A DNA stretch of 63,463 bases from Vitrella brassicaformis CCMP3155 (lineage: Eukaryota; Protista; Chromerida): assembly GCA_001179505.1 (NCBI GenBank), contig CDMY01000503.1, positions 1-63,463 of the forward strand. Direction: 5' to 3'. The position numbers and the translations under genes are program-made. Below are positions 23,968 through 35,820 of the stretch, piece by piece. The first letter of the stretch is position 1. Each line of letters starts with the position of its first letter. Under the pieces are notes generated by a model, which made no database searches, had not been told where the DNA came from, and saw nothing but the letters and a program-made list of their open reading frames with translations.

Positions 23968-25630
23968 TTTGAGATGGCAGGAAGGCAGGCCGGCAGGTTG
24001 GAGGGATAAGCGTGGGGCTGCGGACGCAGGTTTTGTTCTCGTCTTGTCTTACTGTGTGTTTGCGTCGTGTCTTCTGTTCGTGTCGGTGAGTGCATCGAGA
24101 TGCCGGGCGCCACCGCGCACCGCCATTGCGGACAGTGGTGGTGTGCCGTCGTTCTGGGTGTCTTGATGGCTGTCCCGGCATAGCAGAATGACCGACCGAC
24201 TGACCGACCGACTGACCGATAGAGGGATGGGATGTGATCGGGCGTGGGGTTCGGGTGCGTTGTGTTGGTGTCATTGCCCAGTACGGTAGAGGGGTGCGGT
24301 GCATTCATTCATAACTGCAATGGTGACGGGCACTTTTTATTGCCTCAGTCAGCAGGTCACTGAGCACACATGGATGGATGCGGGCCGTTTTGGTCCGCCA
24401 GTCTGGCTGGGCCTTCCTACATCCCTGCCTGCACGAGTGCCCTCACCCGTTTTGACGTACCCACTCCGACAGGCAGGCAGGCAGGCAGGCAGACATTCCT
24501 GTCAAGAGATGCGGCAGCTGGTGTGTGTCTTTTATCATCGAAGGGGTATTATCTATCGCATCGAAGGGTCCTTTTTATCTAGCCGGGAGCAGTCGCATCC
24601 GTCCACTTCTGTGTGTATGTCTTTATCGCTTCATCATGCATGTGCCTATACATGGGGTGGGGGGGCGGGAGGGGCAAGGAAGAGAATTGACGTGCGTGAT
24701 CATTTTTTCGTGCGTCAGTCAGCAGCCGTCGGGTGTCTGTCTTGTCTGCCTGTCATTCGTCTGTCAGTGCCGAGAGCCATCCATGCTTCTGGCAACTTTA
24801 AGGCTCCACACGCACATGGCCGGCCGGGTGTTTTTATCTGTGCCTTGCAGCCTACCTTCCTACTCTGTGTACATGTGTGACGTTCGTGTGCTCGAGGTCG
24901 CTGATCACTGATGGATGCATGTGTGTGTGTGTGCATTTGGTCGTCGATCTGCCTGGTGACGGGCGTGGCGTTGCGGTGCGTGTGTAGCGGCCGGCGAGTG
25001 TTGGTGTCCTGTCTGACTGGGCAGAGTCATTGTACGCGGCTTACACTTTCTCCTTACTGGGGGTGGGTACTGCTACGGGGGGAGCAAGGGACAGCCGAAG
25101 CTGAACTCTCTCAGTGTCTGTGAGATCCATCCGTAGCTTACATCACCACCGACGGACTCCGTGTTTCTCTGCATCATCATGCCGAGAGACACCAAGTTGG
25201 TTGGGGGGAGGGAAAGCTGCAGATGGATGCCACAGGGCACGACAGCTGCTCGTGCATGGACCATGAGAGAGACTTGCTTGCAACAGATGTGACAGCGTAT
25301 ATGAGGAGGATGGCTTATACCAGTCATCGGCTGTGGTGATGTCGACTACGTCTCAGGAACGCTGTAGTCTCAGGAACGCTGACTCGTCGTTTCTGAGACC
25401 TGGTCAACATTACCACAGCACATGAATGGCCGGGGCCATCTGCAATGACCGCTTTATATGGACCCTTGACACGTGCATTAACACCCGAGCAACCACACAG
25501 ACCTTTGTATCACCAACACACACGCGTTTTCAGCAGAGTGTCTCGACATCCACAAATAAGCGTCAGGGGCTTACAACACGTCGCATCTACGCATACATAG
25601 CGTCTTCAACTCTACAAACATCACGCCTCC

Positions 25631-27868
25631 TTAAGACACCTCACCCACTGCTTTGCTCCCTTCCTTCGCCCCACCAGCAGCAACATCGCCGCCCTCCCCA
25701 CCAGTGGCAGCAGCACCAGCAGCCCCAGCCACAGGTGGGGGCTCACCAGCAGCCCGGGCCGCCGGCGGGGGCTCCTCCTTCTTCACCTCTCCTACTTGCG
25801 CAGCACCCACAACCTCGTCAGCGGCCGTGTCAGGCGCGCTATTGATTGGCTGCTCGGGCGCCTTCGCCACCTTTCCCTCCTCGGCCGCTGCTTTGTCAGG
25901 CTGGTTGCCGGGCTCCTCCTCTGGTTCACCCCCGCCCTCCTCGTGGGGATGTTGCGCCTCCTCGTTGTTGCCCTCCTCCGGCTGCTCGTCCGCATCCTCA
26001 TTCCGCACCTCGTGTAGGATCTCGACGCCCTCAGGCGCATCACCATCACCGCCGCCGATGTGCACCGACAGCCCGGGGGCGATTGGAATGGCGCCGTCGC
26101 GTCCCGCATGCAGGACGGCTGCCCCTCTGCTGCCTGGGACGCCCAGCAGTGAGATGACGAAGCCAGCGTCGTCTGCCTCCTTGGCGCGGATGTCCTCGGC
26201 CTTGGCCAGCACCGTGATGTTCCACAGCGAGCCGACATGAGGCTGACCCCTGAAGCAACCAAACAGGAAGGAATGATGATTTGTTGTTATGTACTGCTAC
26301 CATGTGGTTCTCCCGCATACCTTCTGCCGAAGGCCATGAGAGTGGCCTCGAAAGCGATCAAGTCACCTGCACGCAGAGGAAGAGAAAGACAACAGCTCAT
26401 CGTAAGCAATCTATTCTTCAACTCTCTGCTGCTCACTGACCCACCGAGCGTCAGGTCCGACACCTGTCGATTCAGGTCACTGGAGAACATCAGACCTGAC
26501 ACACCCATCCCAACAGCCAGTGAGGGGCGAGGGCGTTGTGGTTGTTGCTCTGTGTGCGTGTATGGGCGCCCAAGGGCGCATGTGCGGATGCCTACCAAGG
26601 TCAGGGACGTGGTGCAGGGCCGGGAACTGGGGCGGATTCATCTCGACGTAGAGGATGTTCTTCGTCCACAAACCTGACACAAACAAACAAACGACACTCA
26701 ATATGCATGCTGCTTTGTTGCGCCCTTCGGTGTGACCTTCTCTGATCTTCGCGACGCTTCCCTCCCATGTGACTGTCCGGCCCTTGAAAAGATCGTTGAA
26801 GGCCGTAGTGGCGTGGATCGGGTTGCCCAGGTAGCTACGATAACTACACACACGAGAAACGGCACATACACGCATTTATAATATCTGCACGGATCAGGTC
26901 GTAGTTTGGCCATTCTCACCCGCAGTGGCTGATAAAGTCGTGCCACGTCCTTTCCGTCGGAGGACCTGCACACAATGGGCCAACGCACCATACGCCATTC
27001 AACCATCCGTATGTGGGTCTTTGCTTGTGCGTCTGCGGACCTCTCTCGATCTCTTCTCTCATCAAGAAGAAGCCGGTCCACCTCAGCAAGGCAAACACGA
27101 ATATCAGGCCCAGGATAATGCCCAGCGTCGCCACGTATCGCCTCGCCAACACCACTGCACAGCCGCCACATCGAAAAGTCATCACCTGACACACGCACAC
27201 ACAGGGACAGAGCGCGGTCACGTGTGTGTCGCCTGTGGGTGTGCCGATGATGCCCACCTCTTTCTTGAATGAGGGGAACTGGATGCGCTGTTTTCGGGCT
27301 ATTGTGTTGATGCACCGAGGGCAAAAATGAACGGAGTCCTGACAGACAAACGACACAGACCATTCGTCCCTCATCGGTGCTTGCGTGTGTCCTCCTGGTT
27401 GTGTGTTGGTTGCCTGGAATATGGGCCAGAGGAAGGGTATGACGCAGAAGGCCGGCCATCCCACCACAATGACAATCACAAACGACATCAGAAAGGTCAC
27501 CCAACTGTTCTGCAGCTCAACATGGGTCACCACATGCTGACCATACGAACAAACACCGAAGCGCATCAGTACGGAGCGCGGTGGCTGCACGAGGCGCCTG
27601 TGTGTGCGTCTACCTGAGTGCAGTAGGGGCACCAGCACTTGACAGGCTGATCACCGAACTCGACGCTCTGATTCGGATCCTCAGGAGCTGATCACCCGAT
27701 GACGACAACAGATGGCAGTAGACAATGGCAGCGATGGCCATACCTTCCGGTTTTCACGTGCATGTGCTTGCGTCATGCCGCCTAGAGCGTACCTGGATCA
27801 ACACTGAACGCGAATGGTCCTCGAGACCACGTGGTACCACGAGCGCGAGGCTCAGCGTCCAAATCCAT
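25631..27868 (-). CDS. LITAF-like zinc-ribbon domain membrane protein with additional TM, C-terminal domain and acidic tail
   Basis: Spliced PVKCWCPYCTQ|HVVTHV..hydrophobic stretch..|DSVHFCPRC fits the split CxxC...HxCxxC LITAF signature. Start MDLDAEP at 27868 joins in phase 1 to APEDPNQ; last exon ends at TAA 25631. Confidence 0.8.
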
Positions 27869-28299
27869 TGTGCGCCAAGCCAGTCAACCCTGAAACACTT
27901 GGATAATCCCACTCCGGAAAGATCTAAGCGCGTGTCAAAAGCGCGTCGAGAAATCGCGTCGAGAAGCACCTACGCGAGCTCAAATCCGTCTCTCTTCAGT
28001 TTTTATTTTCCATCTCGTACAAGCTTCCAGCTGCTCCAGCGACGCCACAGCTCTTCCTTCTGTGCATCGGGTCGCCGTTTTTAGCCCACGGCCTCTCTCC
28101 CCATCAGACATGTCGGCCTGTGCGAGGGCCTGTGCCAAGCCACCCGCTGCCGACTGTCGTCGTTCCCCTGGAAATCCTCTTCGAGAATTGCGTCCTCCTT
28201 CAACTTGTGCACGTGCAACCTTCACAAAAAGGTACAGTGAGCATTCTCGTCTGTCCATCCACACGCGAGCAATTTCTTCTTCATTGTTCTTTGTCCGCC

Positions 28300-31200
28300 A
28301 ATTTCACTTTGTCCAGTTCATCCGTCACTGTCCAGCACTGTCTTCGAGGTTTGAGTCCTACAGGAGTCAGGGGAATCTGCCTCAACAGTTACAGCTGCAA
28401 CTGCACGAGACGAAAGCCCTCGCAAAGGAGAAGTACACACGGTAAGCCGTCTCGTCTGCCCATCCACACATTGTCAAGCCTCACACACGAGCGATTTGCA
28501 CCATCTGCTTCCTGCTTGAGTCTGCCTGCCGTCACAGTGTTGGAGCGAAGCGGCAATGACCTGCAAATTCTGTCGAACCGGATCTAAAGACGTCATACAT
28601 CTGCATATCATACATTTGTATCATGCGTGTGTGTGCAGCCATTGAATCGATGGATTTCTTTGAAGGGAAGGTGGCTGGTGAGGGCCGAGTCCGAGAGACA
28701 AGAGCTCTTGATAACGGTGAGCACTGCTCACTCGCTGGGCGCCAACAGCCATACAAGAATGCAGACAGACCTTTGTGTGCGCATCATGACACCCCTTTGT
28801 GTCACGTCATTCCCTCTAAGCGTTCACGGCAGCCAACCAACCACATCACCACGACGACCAGCAGCAGCAGCAGAAGGTACGAATAAATGATTCCACACAT
28901 CTCACCACACAGCCATCCGTTCGTATCGTCTCCTTATGACTTTCTGTCTGTCTGTCTGTCTGTCTCTCTGTCTCTCTGTGTGTGTATTCAGGCGACTGAC
29001 TGGCCGTGGGCTGGTCTGTTGGTGCACGCATTTTTGGGGTATGTCTCATTTGGATCGAATCATGATAGACTGTTCCCACCGACATGCCGCCCGATCCCGA
29101 CGGAAGATCCTTTGCCGGCTGGAGACGCTCGTGATTGCGGTAAGGAGGTCGGAGGGCGGGTGGGCGGGAGAGGAGGAGGGAGCGAAACCTAGTGCCTTGC
29201 GCTGGCGTTGTGCTTTCAGAAAGAGTTCAGGTCTGTAAGGAAAGAGCCGATGCTGCGGAAATATTCATCACCAGTGTCGGCTCACGGGCGGTGGTGGGAG
29301 AGGCTTTATCAAACGCAAACTGTCAGCGCCAAGGTAAATGTCAGCGGTCATCAGACACCCAGTAGACACGAGCCGGAGACACCAAGGAGACCCAGCCGGA
29401 AGACAAGCTCAAGAAGCCCATCGACCGTGACCGCAGAAGGAGAGGCGAGAAGCCCCTCCTGACCGACGACTTCAGGCGTCTCGTCGAGCCAATGAAGACA
29501 CCATTTGGGCCATCTGTTTGCTGTGTGCAGTGATGCTGAGTACCTGAATCTGGTCAAGTTCAAGAATATGACTGACGACCCCTACTTGGCCACGGCGAAC
29601 TCGAGGGCTGTTTCTTGCTGCTTATCATTGGTCTTGTCGGGCCCGTATCGAGGCGACCGAGGTACGCCTCATTCGGATCGAATTATGACAAACACATTAA
29701 GCTGACATTATGTGTTCAGAAGGAGTTCAACGACACGAAGAAACAGCCAATGCTCCGACGGCATTCTGCCCCACAGGTATGCACACGGTCACGTTATTTT
29801 CCCCCCTTGTCATGCCATCCCCTCGTCTTCTTGCCATTTCTAGGCCATCCTATCCAAGCGGTTAGTTGATCGGGCTCTGACTCTCTGTCGCATACACACT
29901 GTGTCTCTACGTGTTATGTGTGTCTCAGTTGGTGCTGACGGCACTGTCGAAATATCGCCGGCAGCCCGTTACTGCATCAAAGAAGCCGATATTATCGTGG
30001 CCCTCTACAAGGGCATCACTAAACTCCTCAAGGCCAAGGAAGACAAACTCGCCAAGAAGGCCACCATCGACGGCAGCATCGAGACGGGCACGCCACTCCT
30101 GGCCCAGCATACCTCTCGTCGGCGAAGTGGTGAGCTTCTTCCAGATTGAGAGGGTGGAGGGGGGAGGGGATAGGGCGGTCCACCTAGAGAGCAAGAAAAG
30201 GGCCACCCACAGTGCTGTCCCTTCATCTGCAAAGCCGTGGTGGGACGAACTATATCACACACAAACTGAGAGCAGCAAGGTAAAAGTCAGCGTCCATCGA
30301 TTGAAGATTCAGTCTTTGTTATTGATCTTGTCAGGCGCGTGTAGAGGAAACCAAGGCACGTCTCATTTGGAACAAGCCATGAGAAAAACATCACTTCTTG
30401 CGGTGGCCTTGTTTCTTCAGAAACAGTTCAAAGACGTGAAGAAAGCCCCGATGCTACGCCGACACTCCGCCTTGGACGTATGCACACTATCACATTGCTT
30501 TCCCTCACTGTCATACCACTCCCTCATCTTCTTTCCACTTTCAGGCCCTCCTCTCCAAGCGCATTGTCGAGCGGGCGTCAGAAAAGCGCCGCCATTCAGC
30601 GCCAGCAGTAAGCATTGGCACACGTTTTGTCGAGTATGGTCCCTCATGTGATATACTCGCTTCCAGGCCGTTGACCCCGACCACCACCAGGAGCAGCAGC
30701 AACAGCAGGAGCCCTTCCAGGCCGTTGACCCCGACCACCACCAGGAGCAGCAGCAGGAGCAGCAGCAGCAGGAGCAGCAGGAGCAGAACCGCAGGCAGCA
30801 GAAGGTACGGATAAATGACTCTACACATCTCACCACGCAGCCACGCTTTCGTACTGTCTCGTCGTGACTTTGTATCTGTCTGTCTGTCTGTCTGTGTCTG
30901 TCTGTGCGTATGTATTCAGCGCACGGGCAGTCCCTGGGTGGACGCCCTGCTGCTGGTGGGTTTCGTTTTCTCGCCCCAGTCGATTACATGTAAGGCCCCC
31001 CAGAGGTCGATAAAGGAGCTCAACAAGGCCAGCAGAGGTATGCACACTGTCATTTTCCCTGCTGTCGTTGAGGCTCCACTGTTGTTCAGGCAAGCGCCGC
31101 CACTTGTTGTTCAGGCTGGTGCTGTGGAGCGGCCACATGTGGCCGGCCCTCAAGGGGACTGCTTCAAGCCTTTCTTCAGCCGATCGCTACCTGCATTTTA

Positions 31201-32200
31201 TATCGTCGGCAGTGCATCTACTCCCATACGTTTGCCTTCTTCTCTTACTCCTGGAGCAGCTCACGTCCACACAGAAACAGCCCATGCTCCGCCGACACTC
31301 TGCTCCAAATGTATGCACACTATAACATTACTTTCCCCGATCTTCTTTCCACTTGCAGGCCATCTTGTCAAGGACGCTGGTCCAGCATGAGGTCGCAAAA
31401 CGCCGCCAGTCGGCCCCAGTGGTGAGCGTTGAGATACGTTCATAATCGAGAATGGTCCATGATATGATTTACTCCAGTTCCAGAGCAGACCAGTATAACC
31501 ACCAGCAGCAAGAGCAGCAAAAGCAGCAGACGGTATGAAAGAATGAAAGAAAAGGCGAGAATGACTGTATGTGTGGGAGGGGCTGTTGTGCATGTGCCCT
31601 GCAGCCGATCGCTACCTACTTTTTATATCGGTCGGCAGTGCATCCACCTGCAAAGCATGAAGAGTACCCCAAAGTTGATCTCTCAATTGAATCGATGGAT
31701 TTCCTTAAACGAAGTGGCTGGCGATGGCTCCGAGGGACAAGAGCTTGTCATAACGGTGAGCACTGCTCACTCGCTGGATGCCAACAGCGATGAAAGCACG
31801 CATGCAGACCCTTGAGTGCGCATCATGTCATCCCTTTGTGTGTCATGTCGTTCTCTCTAAGCGTTCGCGGCAGCGGTAAACAAGAAACAGCAGCCGCTGG
31901 ACCACCACCACCAGCAGCAGCAGCAGGAGGAAGAGCAGAAGGTACGAATGGACTCCACATATATCAACCACACAGCCATCCTTTCGTTGTGTCTCCTTGT
32001 CTGTAATCAGAACAAGGGCTGGCCGTGGGTGGACCCCATCCTACTCACATGCTGGCTGCTGACGCCCCCGGGCGTCGATGATCTTTTCATCGGCTTCTGC
32101 GGCGCCAGAAACTGCGATGTCGTGCGATGTCGTGCGATGTCGTGCGATGAGAAGTTGCTCCGATTCGATCGCAAGGGAGCTGAATGATTGGATCATGGCT
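28300..32200 (+). pseudogene. Tandem partial/degenerate paralogues of the 3' half of the gene at 41533-43575 (WWxxLY, ERIKAIK-type microexon, RRHSAP exons, poly-Q/H exon, PW..D..LL terminal exon)
   Basis: Exons and their flanking introns recur at ~28830-29075, 29220-29370, 29625-29870, 30235-30980, 31260-31545 and 31870-32110. Several copies have mutated splice sites, indels or stops. A 29930-31000 segment may be intact. Confidence 0.6.
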
Positions 32201-32229
32201 TGCCGGCCTTTTTGTGTTGTCGATGTGTG

Positions 32230-35200
32230 TGTCCTGCCTCGGACGGTCCCATGCTTTTGACAATCGTTGAATGGGACCGAGAGCTGCAGCCGAGCGTGCT
32301 GTCGACCGATTGGCGCCCATCAAGAAGGAGATTGCCATCGACCCAGACTCCGTCGCCAGGAGCCCTCCCTCGCCGCAACACTCCCGCTCACATCAGGCTG
32401 TTCAAGACCGACACAATCACCAGTCTGGTAAGGCTTCGAGAAGAGGACGGGCCCTGGCGACGTAGAGAGGTGACCTCTGCGTCTTGCTGGGTGGTTGTTC
32501 AGGTTCGGAAGAAAACCACCCGCCTGGAAAGCAAGGCAAGCCGTCAGATGACTGCTGGACGTAGACGGACTCACTCCAAAGTCAATGTGAATTCCTCCTT
32601 CAGGACCTGTGGCTCAAGGGCACCCCCCAGCAGCGGCGGCATTCAGCCCGCGAGGTACCCATACGCATGTGGCGCCTGTGGCGAGACACTACTATCGAGT
32701 GTTCACTTGTTGTTCAGGCTCGCGGCAAGACCTCAACGGACACGGCCAGCGGCCGACGGTACTCTGCCCCCGAGCGCCATCCAGCGCCACCGGCACTCAA
32801 GGGCGGAGAGGAGAGGGGCATCGACGTCGGGGGCTCGGCCGCTGCTGCAGCCATGTCTACCCACTCGGGGGCGGGGAGGGTGGCAGGGCAGATATCGCTG
32901 TCTACATCTTATATCCGGCGTGTCTTTTTTCCCACACCGATTGTGTCCGCTGGAGGGCGTGTTTAAGAGGGTGTCTCTTAACAAGGACAGTCTCTCTTCA
33001 AGAAGGGCTTAAGGCACATCAAAACCGAGCCCTGCTAAGGTGCCACTCATCACCAGAGGTACGCGCGCTACAAACCTACTTTGCCTCGTCTTCTTTTCAT
33101 TTGCTGGCGATTCGGGCACAGAGGTTAGCTGGATATTCAAATGTGGTCAGCCTGACACACAATGCATCCCTCCGGCCATTCTGTGTCTCCCCACCTTTGT
33201 CAGACGATCCAAAGGTGCGGAGACACGTCCAATGCATGGATGCTGAGTACTGTATGACTCAAGGCATGGATCCTTGCATCTCTGCTTTTCCTTGTCTGTG
33301 ATTGCAGGATTTGCGCCAGCAGCTGGAGAAGAAGGACAAGGAGTTGTGCAACATTGCAAACCTCAAGGAGGTGGCCGGGCTGGAGGCCCTCGATGAGTAC
33401 AAGAAAAGTGTGCCAACCAGGAGAGAGCCCTCTCCACCATTCGCAGCCAGCTGGTCGAGTGCGAAGCCGAGAACGACTCACTCAAACGGCAAATCAAGGA
33501 CATGGACCGTGATCGGTGAGGAAAGTCTTGAATGAAGGGTTACCCTACTCTGTGACAGTTCGTATGACAGTAACACACGAGAGGGGATGAACGGACAGCC
33601 ACCCCGTTCCCCTGTGTGAGCTTGTCTGTGTGTGGGGGGTGGTTGTTCAGGTGCTTTCGCAGGCCAATGTCACTCATTTCTCTTGGTCTCCCCAGATGTT
33701 CCCAGGCTCGTGTTTGCTTTTGGGACGGAGAAGGCGATGAATGAGGCGCTCATTCGCGAAGTGCACTACCAACAGGGACTCATGGAAATGATGAACCCCC
33801 ACGGCTATGACCGCAGCACTGACGCGTAAGGCAGAATTCTGACTCCGGGTCTTCCCTGGTCTTCACGCGTTCTTCGGCTCTTGGAATCCACCCTCTCTCT
33901 TTCCGAGGTAAGCCCACCATTTGAAATTCCTCCCTTCTCCCCCTTCCCTCCCCTTCCCTTCCCTCCCCTCCCACACACAAACACACAAGCACTGCTTTGT
34001 TTCGTTCTTCTCCTGGTTTACTGTGTTTGCCGTGTTTCTGCAGGAGTTTTCCTAAGACTGCGATGAAAAAGACAAAGAAGTCAAAGAACTCCACATTCAT
34101 CGCAGAAGGGATATACAAGTGACATGCGTGGATTGAACGCAAAAGGCTCTTTCATATGTTCTTGTCTGATCTGCCCGCGTGTGTGTTTTCATAGAAGTGG
34201 AACGAGATTGACGAGGACAGAAAGCCCACCGAGGCCGACAAGAAGCAGCAGGTGGGTGAGTGGGTGGGTGGTGCACCTGGCCTCATGCTGCCTTGCGTTT
34301 CGGCCTTTCGTGCAGCCACCCAGGGCCTCAGCGCCTCGCCCAGCCACGGAGGCAGGTGCGTTCATGTCAAAAGAGAAGGGACGGCTTGATTATCACACTG
34401 TGTCATCTGTCAGGCCTATCTTTAAGAGAGCTGCAGCCGAGCATCCGTGTGGACCGATTGGCGCCGCTGAAGAAAGAGATCACTGTCGACTGCAAATTTG
34501 CCTCCAGGAGCCCTTCCTCGCCCGACACACCCGCACACATCCGCCTCTACAAGACAGACACGATAAACAGTTTGGTAAGGGTCCAGAAGGGTGTGGCAGG
34601 TAGCGACGTACAAATGTGACTCTTGCGTCTTGCTGAGGTGTCATTCAGATTCGAAAGGAGATCATACGACAAGAGACCAAGGGAAGCCCTCAAATTAGTG
34701 CTGGACGTAGGATATGTCGCGGCATCGTATTTTTCCTCTGTGGCCATGACATAGGAGATTGCCATCGACCCAGACTCCCTCGCCAAGAGCCCTCCCTCGC
34801 CGCCCGACACCCCCGCTCACGTCCGGCTGCACAAGACCGACACCACGACGAGTATGGTAAGGCCTCGAGAAGAGCACGGGAGCTGGCGACGTAGAGAGGT
34901 GACCTCTGCGTCTTGCTGGGGTTGTTGTTCAGGTTCGGAAGGAAATCATTCGTCTGGAGAACAAGGCAAGCCGTCAGATGACTGCTGGACGTACACGGAC
35001 TCACTCTAACGTCAATGTGAATTCCTCCTTCAGGACCACCTGTGGCTCAAGGGCACCCCCCAGCAGCGGCGGCATTCAGCCCCCGAGGTACCCATACGCA
35101 TGTGGCGCCTGTGGCGAGACACTACTATCGAGTGTTCACTGGTTGTTCAGGCCCGTGTCAAGACGTCAAGCGCCATGGCCAGCGGCCGACGGCACTATGC

Positions 35201-35460
35201 CCCCGAGAACCATCCAGCGCCACCGCCACTCAAGGGCGAACAGAAGAACGGCATCGACGTCGAAGGGTCGTTCGCTGGTGCCGCTGCCATCGCTGGGGAG
35301 GGGGGCGAGAAGAAGGAGGCTGAAGAGACTGCTCCGGCTGGTGCTGAGGCGGCTGGGGGTGAGGGTATGCCACTGCACGCTGTCGAGGGCGAGATGAAGC
35401 CTGGGGGGCATGCCGCCGCACCCGGGGCCACGCTGAGGCAAGCTTTCAGATTACTGCTAG
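32230..35460 (+). pseudogene. Duplicated coiled-coil/Ser-Pro-rich gene segments (32230-32850 is a copy of ~34400-35290), with frameshifts
   Basis: Shared exons VDRLAPxKKEI..DTPAHxRLxKTDT, VRKxxxRLExKASRQMTAG, LWLKGTPQQRRHSA and ARxKTS..SGRRxxAPE. The 32.3-kb copy lacks 2 nt relative to the 34.8-kb copy. The coiled-coil exon 33309-33506 has a frameshift at 33404-33407. Confidence 0.6.
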
Positions 35461-35820
35461 ACGTACATGATTCTTTGGCATCGTATCTTCCCTCTGTGTC
35501 CGCAGAGCTTCAGATATACAGACACCAAGGCGGGGATGTGGAGTGAGGGAAGCGGCGGACAGCGTGGCTCCAAGGCCGCTGCTGCGTTCTTTCTTTATCC
35601 TATCGCTACCTACATTTTATATCCGTCGGCAGTGCATTTACTTGCGAAGCGTCCAGAGTGTGTATGGGTGTATGAGCGTGTCCTAAAGTCGATGTCTCAA
35701 GCAAGCACGGTGAGCACAGAGAGCGGCAAAAAGTAGGTGCTCAACAACCTCGAAGACAGGGGAAAATTATTCTTGTCTTTCTCTCGTCATGAGTTTGTAT
35801 TGTGTGTGTCTGTCCTTCAG

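Noticed and set aside
25653-26240. 195-aa plus-strand ORF (similar cases at 16895-17347 and 20337-21047 on the minus strand)
   Set aside because: Antisense shadows of GC-rich coding exons on the opposite strand.
32114-32150. (GCGATGTCGT)x3.5 decamer repeat
   Set aside because: A short slippage repeat at the end of a degenerate exon; no sign of function.
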